A stretch of DNA of 63,536 nt, counting the filler, from Dimorphilus gyrociliatus (taxonomy: Eukaryota; Animalia; Annelida), in NCBI GenBank assembly GCA_904063045.1. It is 5 parts of 5 records of this genome, joined end to end, with 100 filler letters (N's around TTAATTAATTAA, not from the genome) between each part and the next. Parts side by side here need not be neighbours in the genome. Positions count along the whole stretch, not along the records: positions 48,407 to 56,979 come from CAJFCJ010000297.1; positions 57,080 to 63,536 come from CAJFCJ010000313.1; 3 more parts are not named here. One strand, written 5' to 3'. The notes under the pieces are model-generated. The model made no database searches. It saw nothing but the letters and a program-made list of their open reading frames with translations, and had not been told where the DNA came from. Below are positions 48,307 through 60,479 of this stretch, piece after piece. Numbering within the stretch: the stretch's first letter is position 1; each line of letters begins with the position of its first letter. A program made the position numbers and the translations under genes.

Positions 48307-48406
48307 NNNNNNNNNNNNNNNNNNNNNNNNNNNNNNNNNNNNNNNNNNNNTTAATTAATTAANNNNNNNNNNNNNNNNNNNNNNNNNNNNNNNNNNNNNN
48401 NNNNNN
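48307..48406. other. Artificial contig spacer
   Basis: 44 N + TTAATTAATTAA + 44 N. Confidence 0.98.
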
Positions 48407-49780
48407 AAAAATTTTAACTTTCTTGTAATGATGACTAAGAGAAAAAGGGATATAATTTTTTTTTTCAGCAGTAATCCTTTATAATTCCGTTTTTTTACAA
48501 GCAGTTGATCAATAATTTAAATATAATTCTGATAAAATTTAAGAATGTTATTCAAAGAAACTACTTAACACAGTTATTGGAAAGGTCAATGACATCAAGA
48601 ACTAACTTGAACATTTTATAGGTGTTAACTAGAATAGTAGAGCATAGTACACTAGTTACATTTAGTACAATTGGAATAGTTTGAAGACAGCTGAAATAGA
48701 TTACAATAAGTTTCGCAAGCAGCAGACTCAAAGGAGGATTTTGGGTTATATCTAAAAAAAAATAAAATTCATCAAAAGGCTGTCAGAAAAATGATGCAGA
48801 AAGATCTTTGTTAAGCTAATGAGGACCAAAGAGATACGAGGGTGTGCCATTATACATATCTATTCTAAAGGTAAAAGGCAAAAAGAGAGGACTTGTTGGA
48901 AAACATTGCCACTAAAGTTGAAAGTTGGATACATCTATATGATCAAGAATGAAATAAGAGGAGTTTTTACAGCAGATTACACAAGAGATCAAGGATGGTT
49001 TTTGTGTTCTCATCTACAACACAGCTCTCAATTAGCTATTTAACTTTTTAAAAGACAATAGCAGATCCACTATGGAAATTTGAATCAGTTAAAGAATAAC
49101 ATAAGGAATTTTTTGAAAAGAAAACAATCTATCAGTTAGGGGAATGTATCTCTCTCTTTCTCTCTTCTTTTTCTTATCTTTAAAAAAAGAATATTGAACA
49201 AAAAGTGCCCTACTAATTGTTACAAAATATAAAATATAACAACTAATAATGAATTAGGCTCAAAGTTATCTTGTCTACAACACAATTCTTATCAATTTCT
49301 AATTTAGATAATAAAACTCAAACTCATGATTTTAAATTTGTCAAAAAGTAATTTAAATGAATATCAACTTAATTGTGCAGAATGTGATAAAAATGATTTA
49401 TTCTATCCAGTTAAAGTATCTAAAAAATTACTATCATCCTATTTTTATTGATAATAAAGAATGATCTATTAAAATAGAAATATTTACAAACTAACCAGGA
49501 GAAATAACATTTTCGGATTTAAATATGATTTAAGCCTAACTCTCTAAATAGATCAGATAAGGGATTAATGCTTTCTTCTGATGAAACACAGCTTATGGAT
49601 GTGAGATTGCTTACTGATACAAGGTTATAGTTAAAGAACTGAATGACACACTGTTTATATCCATCTATAATACTTTATTGATAAAAAAATAACCTTCACC
49701 TTCACCTACTCATTTTTCTTAAAATAGCACAGAGGATAGTCTGAGTAGTTTGGTTATCTGTTTAACAGCTAAGTGTATTA

Positions 49781-49854
49781 GCTTCCATAGCTCAGTTGGT
49801 TAGAGCGTCGTGCTAATAACGCGAATGTCCTGGGTTCGACCCCCAGTGGGAGCA
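49781..49854 (+). tRNA. tRNA-Ile (anticodon AAT), eukaryotic type
   Basis: Cloverleaf: acceptor GCTTCCA/TGGGAGC, D stem GCTC/GAGC, anticodon arm TCGTG-CT AAT AA-CGCGA, T arm CTGGG-TTCGACC-CCCAG. No encoded CCA; an oligo-T run follows. Confidence 0.95.
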
Positions 49855-51203
49855 AATATTTTTTTCTTTTGATTCAAGTATTAGTAAAACATAAGCATAA
49901 AATAAAATCTTATTCAAAATTTAAACCCCAAAAAAGCTTCTCTTAACTACAATTCATAGTTAAAATTAAGCTGACTTTACAAATCAGTAAAGATTTATGG
50001 AAATTGTGACCTAGATATCAAACATTTTGAAATTATGCATAACTATCTGAAAATTTTTCCTGAAGTTCTACATCTATATTCCTCAGATTTTTCTGGTTGA
50101 ATGTTCTTTATCTGTGTGAGTAGTTTGGACAAACTTTAAAGGTTCTATTTGTATGAGTACTTTGGTGAGTTGATAAATCATTGGATTCTAGGATACTGTT
50201 TTAAAGAAGCAGCAATTTTTGAAATTACAATACAACAAAGTACAAACATGACGTGATACAGCCCAAATTGCGAAGCGTTTCACTTTTTAAATAAATTTTT
50301 AAATATTATTTTTACTATTTCATCTGAAAATGTGCTGGCGGTATCTTGAGTAGTCACAAAAATAATCCTAGCCTAGTCTCTCTCTCTCTCCCTAAAAATC
50401 AATATCTTTAACAAGTTTGTTTCATTTCACATGATATACTGATGCATAGGACAAAAAATTTTTTTATAATTTAATTTTAAGTACTACACACATGACTTGT
50501 GCATATGGAAAGACCAAAAATGGTTATAATGTGGTGTTTATGTGATCAAAACGGCGTGTATTATTACCACTTTAGAGTGTTTATTGATGTACTAGTGTCT
50601 CTTTAATAAACAATATATTAGAGTTTGGGTAGATAAATGGTATCAGCTTCAGTGTATACATTAGCTTCCCTTTATTGATGGTGTTCATGCTCCATTTCCG
50701 CTCTCAAATATATGTTATAAAGTCCACTGCAAACTGATAATAAACTATATCTGAGTAAATCTATTTAGGAAAAATATCCATCACTGCCAACAATCTTGTA
50801 TCTATTTCTACAGATGTCACCACCCGCACAGTAACATCTTTTAGTGCAAGTTGTTTTAGTTTTCAATTTTTTTTATATTATTTGGCAGCCTCTGCATAAA
50901 TAATATGAAGTATGTTTTTGCTATAATACTGTTTTTATCTTTGGCATTCTTAGATAAAGTTTTAAAAGGAAGAAACTTTGCTTGAAAAAAATTGTCAACG
51001 ATGTCAACAATAAAACCATTTTGATAAACAACTGTGCCAAATTCGGTACAGAATTATTCTTCTTGTATATCCTGAACAAAATATTATGTTCATTCATACT
51101 TTATTTTAATTCTATCTTTCTTACTTAGATGATGGAGTGTAATGTCATTTAAGAGAATTCTATTCTCTCTGCTTCTACATTGTTCAACAACAGACAACTA
51201 ATG

Positions 51204-54200
51204 TTAAACAAAGTGTAAATGTGGAAATATCTCTTTTAAACATCCTGTTTGCAAAACATTGAAGAAACAATTTTCAACATCAATACATTTTAAATTGCTT
51301 AATGATAGTTTCAGTCCTATGCAAATATGATCAATTCCATCACCCATATTGCCATTGTAACTTAAATTAATGTTTTCCAATGATGAACAACACTGAAATG
51401 TTTCTCCTAATGTTTTTGCTTGGTCAGGATTTAAAGAACAACTTTCTACATTAATGTATTTTAGAGTGTTAGATGATGATTTCAGTCCTTCACAAATCAT
51501 TATAAATCCCTGTCCCATATTTGTATTATAACTTAAATTAATGCTCTCCAATGATGAGCAATGTTGAAATGTTTCTCCTGATGCCTTTGATTGTTCAGAA
51601 TTTAAACAGCAATCTTGTAGATTAATAATTTTTAAATTGTTTGATGAGGATTTGAGTCCTTCAAAAATCTTTTTAAATCCATATTCCATATTTGGATTAC
51701 CACTTAGGTTAACACTTTCTAAAGATGAACATTTTTCAAATGCTTCTCCCAGAGTAAATGCTTGATCAAAGTTTAAGTTACACTGCTGTAATTCAATAGA
51801 TTTTAAAGTGCATGAAGAGAATTGGAGTCCTTTACAAACAAATTTAAATCCAGCTCCCATACATGTATTAAAACTTAAATTAATAGAGTCTAAAGATGAA
51901 CAATCTTCAATTGCATATCCTAATGCCCTTGTTTGATTAATATCTAGTGAAGAATGCGCTACATAAATATATTTTAAAGTCTTTGATGTTAATTTAAGTG
52001 CCGCACAAATTGTTGTAAATTCAGATCCCATTGTCATATTACCAGTCAAGTTAATGCTGTCCAAAGAAATGCAGTGTTGAATTGTTGTTTTTAATAATTT
52101 TGCTTGATTGGTATTTATTAAACACATACTTAAATCAATAGATTTTAAAGTTCTCGATGAGAAAAGGAGCCCTTTACAAATGTTTTCAAATCCATTTTCC
52201 ATATTTCCATTATTACTTAAATTAATACTTTCTAATGATGAGCACTGTTCCAATGCTTTTCCTAATGTTTCTGTTTCCTCAGATCTTAAACAGCACTCGC
52301 TCAGATCAATATATTTTAAGGTTTTTGATAATGATACGAGTCCTTTACAAAGAAATTTAAATCCAATACTCATATTGCCATTGCCACTTAAATTAATACT
52401 TTCCAAAGACGAACAACATTGAAAGGTTTCTCCTAATGTTTTTGCATAAACATCATTTATCTGACAATAACTTACATTAATATACTTCAAAGTAAGCGAT
52501 GAGGATTTAAGTCCGTCACAAATCTTTGTAAACTCAAAATTCATATATTTATTTCCACTTAAGTTGATTCTTTCTAATGAGAAGCAATGTTTAAATAATT
52601 CAGCCAAGGCTATTGCTTTATCAGAATTTAATGAGCAACATTGTAAATCAAAAGATTTTAAAGTGTTTGCTGAAGTTTGCAGTCCTTTGCATATTTTATG
52701 AAATCCATTTCCCATATTGGTATTACCACTTAAATTAATATTTTCTATTGATAAACAATTTTGCAACATTTCTCCCAATGCTGTGGCCTGATCAATGTTT
52801 AACTCACACCATGCTACATCAAGATATCTTAAACTATTTGATGAAGATTTTAATCCCTTGTAGATTGTTTTAAAACCGTTTCCCATGCTGTTAACAGCGC
52901 TTAAATCAATGCTTTCTATATATGTACAAAGTTCAAGTGTTTCACCTAATACTATGGCATCATCAGTGTTTAGCTCACACCATTTTATACTGAAATATTG
53001 TAAACTATTTAATGAGGATTTGAGTCCTTCACAAATATATTTAAATCCATGTCTCATATTAGTATTACCATTTAAGTTAATGCTTTCCAGTAATGAGCAA
53101 TCGTTGAATGTTTCTCCTAATTTAGTTGCTTGCATTGGATTTAAAGAACAACTTTCTACATTAATGTATTTTAGAGTTCTATATGAGGCTTTGAGTCCTT
53201 TACAAATCTCTATAAATCCTTGTCCCATAATTCTATTAAAACTTAAATTAATACTTTCTAGTGATGAAAATTGTTGAAATGTTTCTCCTAATGTTTTTGC
53301 CTGCTCAGGATTTAAAGAACAACTTTCTACATTAATGTATTTTAGAGTGTTGGATGAGAATAAGAGTCCTTTACAAATCTCCATTAACCCATCTACCATA
53401 TTTCTATTTTCGCTTAAATTAATACTTTCCAATGATGGACATTGTTGAAATATATCTCCTAATGTCTTTGCTTGTTCAATGTTTAAAGAACACCCATGTG
53501 CATTAAATAATTTTAAGGTGTTTGATGAGGATTTGAGTCCTTCGCAAATCTTTATAAATCCATCTCCCATATTTCTATTTCCACTTAAGTTAATACTTTC
53601 TAATGCGAAGCAATTTGTAAATGTTTCTCCTAATATTATTGTTTGGTCAGCATATAAAGAGCAGCTTTCTAAATCAATAAATTTCAGTCTATTCGATAAA
53701 AATTCAACTTGTTTTATGAAACTTGAGCAAATTGAAGGATAGTTAGACAATTTTAAAGATTCCATATTTGAGCATGATTTAAGTATATCTGATGTCTGGA
53801 ACTGATCATTTTCATAATTTGAATGATTTTTGCTATTAAATTCCCTAATTCCTTGAGCAGATATTTTTATTAGGTCTTTAATTTCACTTTTAAGTGAAAC
53901 CTTCTTTTGGTATTGATTTAAATCAATTGGTATATTTGTATTTTGAACTTGATTTGTTTTTAAAGCATATGTAAGTATATCTAAATGATTTTTCTTCAAG
54001 TCTATACAAAATCTTTCAACCTGCTCAACTGAGCTTCCATTGTCATTTAGAAGGAGTAATAGTTTCTGTTTTGAAATCAATTTAATTTGTATATGATTTT
54101 GAGAGGTTTCTTTCTCTTCTGTATTTGTAAACTCCTGATCAGATATAAAATTTTTTGATACAAATTTATTGTAATTGGAAAAAAAGTTTAAAGTTGGATT

Positions 54201-56456
54201 AACTATTTTGCAGTTTTCAAATATCAAGTCTTGAAAACCTTCATTATCAATTTTGTCTTTAATTATATTAAAAAATCTATCTGAGTCATTGCCAGAGAAT
54301 AGTTTGTTTTCAATGATGATATACTCTAAAGATTGACATTCTCTTATAAATTCTAATATTTTATACGAAAAAAAATTTGTTTGATAATTGTATGTTTTAT
54401 CAATAATTTCTTTGATATCTTCAGAACCATATGTTGCTCTAATTTGCCATAATTTTTCATTTAGACTGTTAGATATGCTTATCTTTTCTATCTTATTATT
54501 CAATTTACTTTTGTGAGTATTAATTTGTCTAATAATTTGAATATCTGCATCTAAAAAGTGCAGAAATTGTACATTTGTTGTTGATATTAAATTGATAATT
54601 CTTTCATAAATAATATCAAACTTAAATTTATATTTTGTATTTTCTATTCTTATTGTTTTCAAATTGGAAGAATGTAAAGAGAGTTGTTGTAGTAGTAAAC
54701 TAATATTTACTTGTGTATTATTCATAATAACCTCTTCTATATATGCTCCACTTGTCTTAATCAATGCTTTCAATATGGTATCATTCAAATTTTCATCTAG
54801 TAAACATAGTATCCTATTTCTAGGTAAAGTTTCTGCTATATGTAGTTGGATAGTTGGACTACCAGTAAACATTTGATAAACAATTTCGGATGATTGTAAA
54901 ATATTTTGAAAAGCTGATGATTTATGTTGTTGAACAAATGCAATGACACCATAGATTTTTAAATTATCAGTTTCTTTTAAAAATTCATCAAGTGTCTTTT
55001 CTTTACTCTGGCCAATTCTGAATTTTTTACCTTTCCTCTTCTTTTTTAACTTGAACTCTTCTATTAAGCATTGAGCAGAAAAAAATTCTTGGAATGATAA
55101 ATGATAGAATTGTAACTCTTTTTTGTCTGACTCTGAAGGAATAACATCTATGATACCTTTCAAACTTTTTTCAAAAAGATTTTGTTGCTGTGTGGTATCT
55201 TGAAATATAATTTTACATTTTGAAAGATGAAGAAAGCTTATACTACAAATTTCTGTTAGGTTACATTGTTCTTCTGTTATATCAGGTAAATTGTTTCTTT
55301 GAACAACATTTATAAAATCCTCATATATATAGTAAAGAGTTTTCTTTAATATATCTTCTTTAACCTTCCAAACAAAAAATAAAATCATTGCTAAAAGTGG
55401 AACTTTACAAAAATCTTGAATATGTCTGTGTCTTTTTACATCGGATAGAAAGTCTGAAACTTTTGTTTCATAACTTTCAAAAAAACACTTTCTAAAGAAT
55501 TTTTCCATAAGATGATTATTCCATCCAATTAATTCAAATGTAGCATCACACGTACACATAATTTCTTTTGCTTTCCATTTTCTAGACCAAATTGCAGTTG
55601 GAATATCACAATTAGCATTTTTAATTATATCACTAAATTGATGTTCTAATATTTGAAATTCATCAGCTCCATCTATAAGCAATATAATATCATTTCTCTT
55701 TTCATCAAAAAATAATTCAATAATACTTTCATCTATATATTTTATTTTTTTAAAATTTTGTCTAATAATCTCTTGATAAATAGTTGTATCATTTTCAACA
55801 TTTCTTAAAATAATAAATAAACATAATTTATCATTTGGAACAATCCAATCATCATTTGCCCATGTATAAATTAAATTTTTGATATGAACACTTTTCCCCA
55901 TTCCTGGTTCACCTTGAATAAGAAGCTTGTTAAATTTTTGATAAAAAATCTGATAGAAATTATCATAATCTATTTCTGTAGAGACAAGATGTTCATCAAT
56001 GATATCTGTATTTTTAATCTCTTTTATTATGATTGATGTAACAATATCTGTAAGTTTAATATGCTTTTTTTCATCAAATGGAAGAAGTTGAATAGTAGAG
56101 AAATCTTTTTTTCTTTGCTCCTTTGTATCTAGAATAAGTTGTTTCCATATATCAAAATTGGCCATAGTAATGGCTAATGATTCTATATGGGAGTTGTCAA
56201 CATCCATTAGAACATTGATTGTTGTTTCAAAGTCAAGATAATTTAGATGTTTTATAATCCCATTAATGGCTTTTTCTGGATTGCTCTTATATTCATTTTC
56301 TAGCATACATCTAACATCAAAATCTAACTTTCCTTTTGAATTTAAACATTGTCCAAGTTTTTTAAATGTGTCTGATTCCATTAAGTAATTTTCTAAATAT
56401 TTTCTATGATAGTTCAATGATAATTTTCCTAATGAATTCGAAATTATAATATTCAT
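51204..56456 (-). CDS. NLR receptor: putative death-fold N-terminus, NACHT, ~14.5 57-aa RI-like LRR units
   Basis: Walker A GEPGMGKS, Walker B LLIDGADEF, CKVPLL and winged-helix FYHLSFQEFFSA. LRRs repeat with a 171-nt period. First ATG at 56456; an upstream exon is possible. Confidence 0.93.
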   Translation of the reverse strand: MNIIISNSLGKLSLNYHRKYLENYLMESDTFKKLGQCLNSKGKLDFDVRCMLENEYKSNPEKAINGIIKHLNYLDFETTINVLMDVDNSHIESLAITMANFDIWKQLILDTKEQRKKDFSTIQLLPFDEKKHIKLTDIVTSIIIKEIKNTDIIDEHLVSTEIDYDNFYQIFYQKFNKLLIQGEPGMGKSVHIKNLIYTWANDDWIVPNDKLCLFIILRNVENDTTIYQEIIRQNFKKIKYIDESIIELFFDEKRNDIILLIDGADEFQILEHQFSDIIKNANCDIPTAIWSRKWKAKEIMCTCDATFELIGWNNHLMEKFFRKCFFESYETKVSDFLSDVKRHRHIQDFCKVPLLAMILFFVWKVKEDILKKTLYYIYEDFINVVQRNNLPDITEEQCNLTEICSISFLHLSKCKIIFQDTTQQQNLFEKSLKGIIDVIPSESDKKELQFYHLSFQEFFSAQCLIEEFKLKKKRKGKKFRIGQSKEKTLDEFLKETDNLKIYGVIAFVQQHKSSAFQNILQSSEIVYQMFTGSPTIQLHIAETLPRNRILCLLDENLNDTILKALIKTSGAYIEEVIMNNTQVNISLLLQQLSLHSSNLKTIRIENTKYKFKFDIIYERIINLISTTNVQFLHFLDADIQIIRQINTHKSKLNNKIEKISISNSLNEKLWQIRATYGSEDIKEIIDKTYNYQTNFFSYKILEFIRECQSLEYIIIENKLFSGNDSDRFFNIIKDKIDNEGFQDLIFENCKIVNPTLNFFSNYNKFVSKNFISDQEFTNTEEKETSQNHIQIKLISKQKLLLLLNDNGSSVEQVERFCIDLKKNHLDILTYALKTNQVQNTNIPIDLNQYQKKVSLKSEIKDLIKISAQGIREFNSKNHSNYENDQFQTSDILKSCSNMESLKLSNYPSICSSFIKQVEFLSNRLKFIDLESCSLYADQTIILGETFTNCFALESINLSGNRNMGDGFIKICEGLKSSSNTLKLFNAHGCSLNIEQAKTLGDIFQQCPSLESINLSENRNMVDGLMEICKGLLFSSNTLKYINVESCSLNPEQAKTLGETFQQFSSLESINLSFNRIMGQGFIEICKGLKASYRTLKYINVESCSLNPMQATKLGETFNDCSLLESINLNGNTNMRHGFKYICEGLKSSLNSLQYFSIKWCELNTDDAIVLGETLELCTYIESIDLSAVNSMGNGFKTIYKGLKSSSNSLRYLDVAWCELNIDQATALGEMLQNCLSIENINLSGNTNMGNGFHKICKGLQTSANTLKSFDLQCCSLNSDKAIALAELFKHCFSLERINLSGNKYMNFEFTKICDGLKSSSLTLKYINVSYCQINDVYAKTLGETFQCCSSLESINLSGNGNMSIGFKFLCKGLVSLSKTLKYIDLSECCLRSEETETLGKALEQCSSLESINLSNNGNMENGFENICKGLLFSSRTLKSIDLSMCLINTNQAKLLKTTIQHCISLDSINLTGNMTMGSEFTTICAALKLTSKTLKYIYVAHSSLDINQTRALGYAIEDCSSLDSINLSFNTCMGAGFKFVCKGLQFSSCTLKSIELQQCNLNFDQAFTLGEAFEKCSSLESVNLSGNPNMEYGFKKIFEGLKSSSNNLKIINLQDCCLNSEQSKASGETFQHCSSLESINLSYNTNMGQGFIMICEGLKSSSNTLKYINVESCSLNPDQAKTLGETFQCCSSLENINLSYNGNMGDGIDHICIGLKLSLSNLKCIDVENCFFNVLQTGCLKEIFPHLHFV

Positions 56457-56979
56457 TTTCACCAATTTTCTTTATCTAAATATTCTATATAAAAAATATA
56501 GAATTAAACTTAGAAATACAGGAAGTTTAAACCTATAGAAATGTTTTTTTGTTCAATATTCATATGAATCATTATTGATATATCTTATTATACTTTCTTT
56601 TTTCAAGATTTTTTTTTAAACAATTTCTACTTTTTTCTAGATTTTTTAAATAAATTTTCACAGAATTTTTAAGATAATTTTTTGATTAACATAAAAGTAA
56701 TTTTAAATTACCAAAATATTTTTGGGTAAGGTGGGTACTTCAGCTGAAATATTCCTTTGACTCTTATACACTAAGCACTATGTTTCAAAATGTTTATTAG
56801 TAAGTTTTGGCCTGAGATTTAACTTTGTAAAGAAGATTATTATTCTTGATAGGCTTGATTATACTTGTATTCTTTACTGTTCTTTTGCTTGTATGAAATT
56901 TACTTTGCACTTGCTTGAGAATTTTATTGATTCTGTATACATAAATAGTACTTGGAGGTTTAGCGTCAACATGAAAGAT

Positions 56980-57079
56980 NNNNNNNNNNNNNNNNNNNNN
57001 NNNNNNNNNNNNNNNNNNNNNNNTTAATTAATTAANNNNNNNNNNNNNNNNNNNNNNNNNNNNNNNNNNNNNNNNNNNN
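56980..57079. other. Artificial contig spacer
   Basis: 44 N + TTAATTAATTAA + 44 N. Confidence 0.98.
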
Positions 57080-57177
57080 AAATTAAAATATTTAAATTTA
57101 TGTAAATAGAAATAAAGACTTTATTCAATAGTATATAAAGGGGGTTTATGTTATTTTGAATAAAAAAAAGTAAAAAA

Positions 57178-58466
57178 AGTGGTAAAAAAATTGGAATTCG
57201 GTTTTACTGTTAATTTAATCTCTTATATGACCGCGATTTGACCTAATAACTCTAGACATCTATTATGCATACCACTGATTAGTTTTTTCAAAAAATTTTG
57301 AGGGATTTTTTACCAAATTTTTTCTATTATAATCTTTAGTTCTTTCATATTTTTTGGTGCAAATTTTGCTATTTATTTTTTAAAGCATGCCCATATATTC
57401 TCTATTGGATTCAAATCCGGTAATTGTGGTGGCCAGTTCATTAATTCAACCTTATTTTCTCTAAAATAATCCATACTTTTTTTAAAAATATAACATGGTG
57501 GAATCCTGTTGAAAAATGTACCCTGAAACACTTTTATGTGACATGGAATCATGAAAATTTTTAGTAATAAGATCTATATAGTCTATGTAAATTTAATTTT
57601 TTATCTACAAAAACACGTTTTCCAATGGTTTTACCGTACCCATAGACCATAATACTTTGCCTCCAAATTTTGAAGAAGGTTGTAATTTTTTTCTTGTAAC
57701 GTTGAATTAACTTTTCTCCATACATATTGGTTTCCATTAGATCCGAAGAGCTTAAATCTACTTTCATTGTTCTAGATTACCTTATTCCAGCCTTCATCAT
57801 TGTAATTAATATACTTATATGCCCAATTTAACCTAAGAACTTTATTTTTTTAGTCAAAAAGGGCTTTTTGCAGCCACTTGCCCGAAAGCTTCAACTGCAT
57901 TTAGGCTTCTTCTAACTGTCCTCGGTGAAACATCTACTGGAATTTTTTTTAACTATATCTCTTGAGCAGATTTTCGGATTTGACATCACCAAGTGTTTGA
58001 TTGTAATGAGCGAGCCGATATTTAACGGCCTTCTCCTGCCAGAACCAAGTTTCCTCCCAATACTATTCCTTTCAAAGTAATTTTTGATTAATAAGGATAT
58101 CGATGAAGTCGGTCTGTTTAGATTTTCTCCTATTTTCTTCAACGATAATCTAGCTTCTCTTAATCCCAAAATCTTACCTTTTTCAGAGTCAGATAGATGT
58201 CTTCCAATAATAGGGGATATAATGAGTTGGGTTCATATATTGTTGTGGAGGGAAAATCTCTATTTAGTTATAAAGTAAAAAATTATAGTTTTTTGTCCAG
58301 TTTTCTAAAAAAACTGATAATTTTATGGAAAGAATTAGATAAAATTTTCTTTTAAACTTATAAAATTTATTACTATTATATAATGTTTGTGTTTTTAACT
58401 TCCATCATCTTAATTAACTACCTAAATTAGCTTTTTGAAAATTCCAGTTTTTTTTGACCACTAGTG
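57178..58466 (-). mobile_element. Degenerate Tc1 element; far end probably beyond the contig edge
   Basis: HTH fragment ..NSIGRKLGSGRRR and WPPQLPDLNPIENIW, with frameshifts. Candidate end TA|CACTAGTGGTCAAAAAAAACTGGAATT at 58466 and a related inverted copy AGTGGTAAAAAAATTGGAATT at 57178. Confidence 0.75.
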
Positions 58467-58847
58467 TAGATATCTAGTGTTATAGATCCCATTTAAGAAG
58501 TCACATTTGGAGAAAACTGCGGGATACTAATGGATGGTACATTCAAATATGTTCTTAATGGATTTAATAAATTAATCACTATACTTGGGAAGGGACTAGG
58601 TAAGTCTTTTCCATTACGCTTTATTGTCATGACCAATAGAACTGAGTTTTGAGCTCCTTAAATTATTGTGCCATCTACTATATTTGGAAAGTATATTTGA
58701 GTGTGGCACTACAGCTTAAGGAGATGGTTTTTCAAAATAATATAGAATATAAAAATATAAATTAAACAAAATTAATAGTTTAATCGCTAAATAGTAGTTC
58801 TAAGATGCTGATAAACATTTGATCAATGTTATTCTTATCATAATAAT

Positions 58848-59693
58848 TTAAATATCTTTTCGAAATTCAAACTCAAACAAAAACTTAGAAATATTATTTC
58901 TAGCGACACCATGTTTTGATGCAATAACTAGTTTCAAATGTGACCAAAAATTTTCAATATTATTTGTATGATCAGCATTAGTGTTTTTACCTCTCCCCTC
59001 TATATGATTAACTATTTTATGAACTGAGCCCAGGTTACGAGCTACAGCAGGGTAGGATAGATAACCATCTGTAACCAAAACCGAATCAGACTCTACGTAT
59101 TGTCTTACAACCTCTGTTAGTGTCTCTGCCTGTCTGTTTGGTACGATCTTAATAAAAAAATTTGATTTATCAGATTCATCGATGCCACCAAATAGCCAAA
59201 CAGTCGATAAAATGTCATCATGAGCTGAAGTAGGGGAGTTTATATGCCCTTGGTGAGAAATTACCGATTCATCCAGTTGAACACGTATGCTTGGTCCTCC
59301 TAATTTTCTGAAATTTCTATTATTATAATTAGCAAAAGACTTAATAATATGCTTTTTGTATCTGATGTATGTTTTTTCACTTAACCCAGTGCTTAATACA
59401 TATGTATAATTGTGTTGATTTAATATGAACATAAATACTAAATATAAAAATTCACTGATTTTCATTCTACTATTTTTGAGTGTAGTACATATAGTTATTT
59501 GCTTCCTACAAGCTTTTCGAGTACATCTGTAATAATAGACATCATATGCATTTGATTTTCTTTTTAATTGCATACTATTATTGGTTGTACAACTAATTCC
59601 ATTTTTTTCTTGTAATATAATACGATTTTCTATAAGAAACTCTATTGCCTTTTTAGAGTCGGTAAATATCGCATTATAAAAAAGTATGTTCAT
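58848..59693 (-). CDS. Merlin / IS1595 (ISXO2-like) DDE transposase, 281 aa
   Basis: N-terminal zinc-ribbon remnant (YRCTRKACRK), VQLDES, VWLFGG, VTDGYLSY, VNH and HTNNIENFWSHLK. Confidence 0.88.
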   Translation of the reverse strand: MNILFYNAIFTDSKKAIEFLIENRIILQEKNGISCTTNNSMQLKRKSNAYDVYYYRCTRKACRKQITICTTLKNSRMKISEFLYLVFMFILNQHNYTYVLSTGLSEKTYIRYKKHIIKSFANYNNRNFRKLGGPSIRVQLDESVISHQGHINSPTSAHDDILSTVWLFGGIDESDKSNFFIKIVPNRQAETLTEVVRQYVESDSVLVTDGYLSYPAVARNLGSVHKIVNHIEGRGKNTNADHTNNIENFWSHLKLVIASKHGVARNNISKFLFEFEFRKDI

Positions 59694-60479
59694 TACAAGG
59701 TTTAAATTTTTTATTATTTTATTTTTGCTTTCCTTAAGTTATTGTGCCCGAGTTTCTATATAATAAATGTTTCACATATTTATTTTCGGCCGCGCGGCGT
59801 GTAACCCATACTCAGCGAGTAACAATTAATTTAGTAAAATATTGTTTTTAAGATATATTTCACCAAATTGGTGATTACGAAATTTTCAACAACTTATGAA
59901 TGTAAGGAAGGGTACTTTTTCGCTTTTTTATAGCATAGTGGAGGGATCACTTTTTCCTTTTTGGTATGTTATGCTTATATTCAGCTCTACTTTGCCCCAT
60001 TTTATGTTTTTTATAATTATATAAATTTTAAATTTAAAGTTGATTTTTTGATAAACAAAATATAATGAATTATCGAGGTTCTATTTCATTGAGTTGAAAA
60101 ATAAAAGGTATATATGATAGAAAACCTAAGTTTTCTATAATGTTATTAATCGGTTATGTTTATTATGATATAAGTGTTTTTAAAAATAGGATACCTCGAT
60201 CAAAAATATAAAAACTGCAATCAGATTTGTACTTTTTATTTTAAGTATGGTCAAAACAATTTTAAGTAAAAAGTCTTTAGATATTTCAGTCAATGCTTAA
60301 TATGGCAAAGTCATCAATTTAAAAATAAAAAAATATCACCCTATACATATAGGGTGATATATTAGAATTATTGAAGAAAAAAACTAATAATCACAATAAA
60401 AGAAAGGGGACTTATCAATGATGCTTATTCAAAAGCATCTAAGTCTAGACTATTAAAGAAATCAAAAAAACTAGTGTTG

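Noticed and set aside
49577-49618. C/D-box snoRNA-like TGATGA...CTGA near the tRNA
   Set aside because: Only about 40 nt between the boxes, with no terminal stem or recognisable guide.
563-54876. Many short ORFs antisense to the transposase, LRR, RT and NLR genes (e.g. 563-754, 948-1256, 9957-10169, 36908-37162, 52108-52422, 52885-53277)
   Set aside because: They are shadow frames of real coding sequence with no independent features.
59788-59823. GC-rich island upstream of the Merlin ORF as a possible TIR
   Set aside because: No matching inverted copy was found downstream of the ORF.
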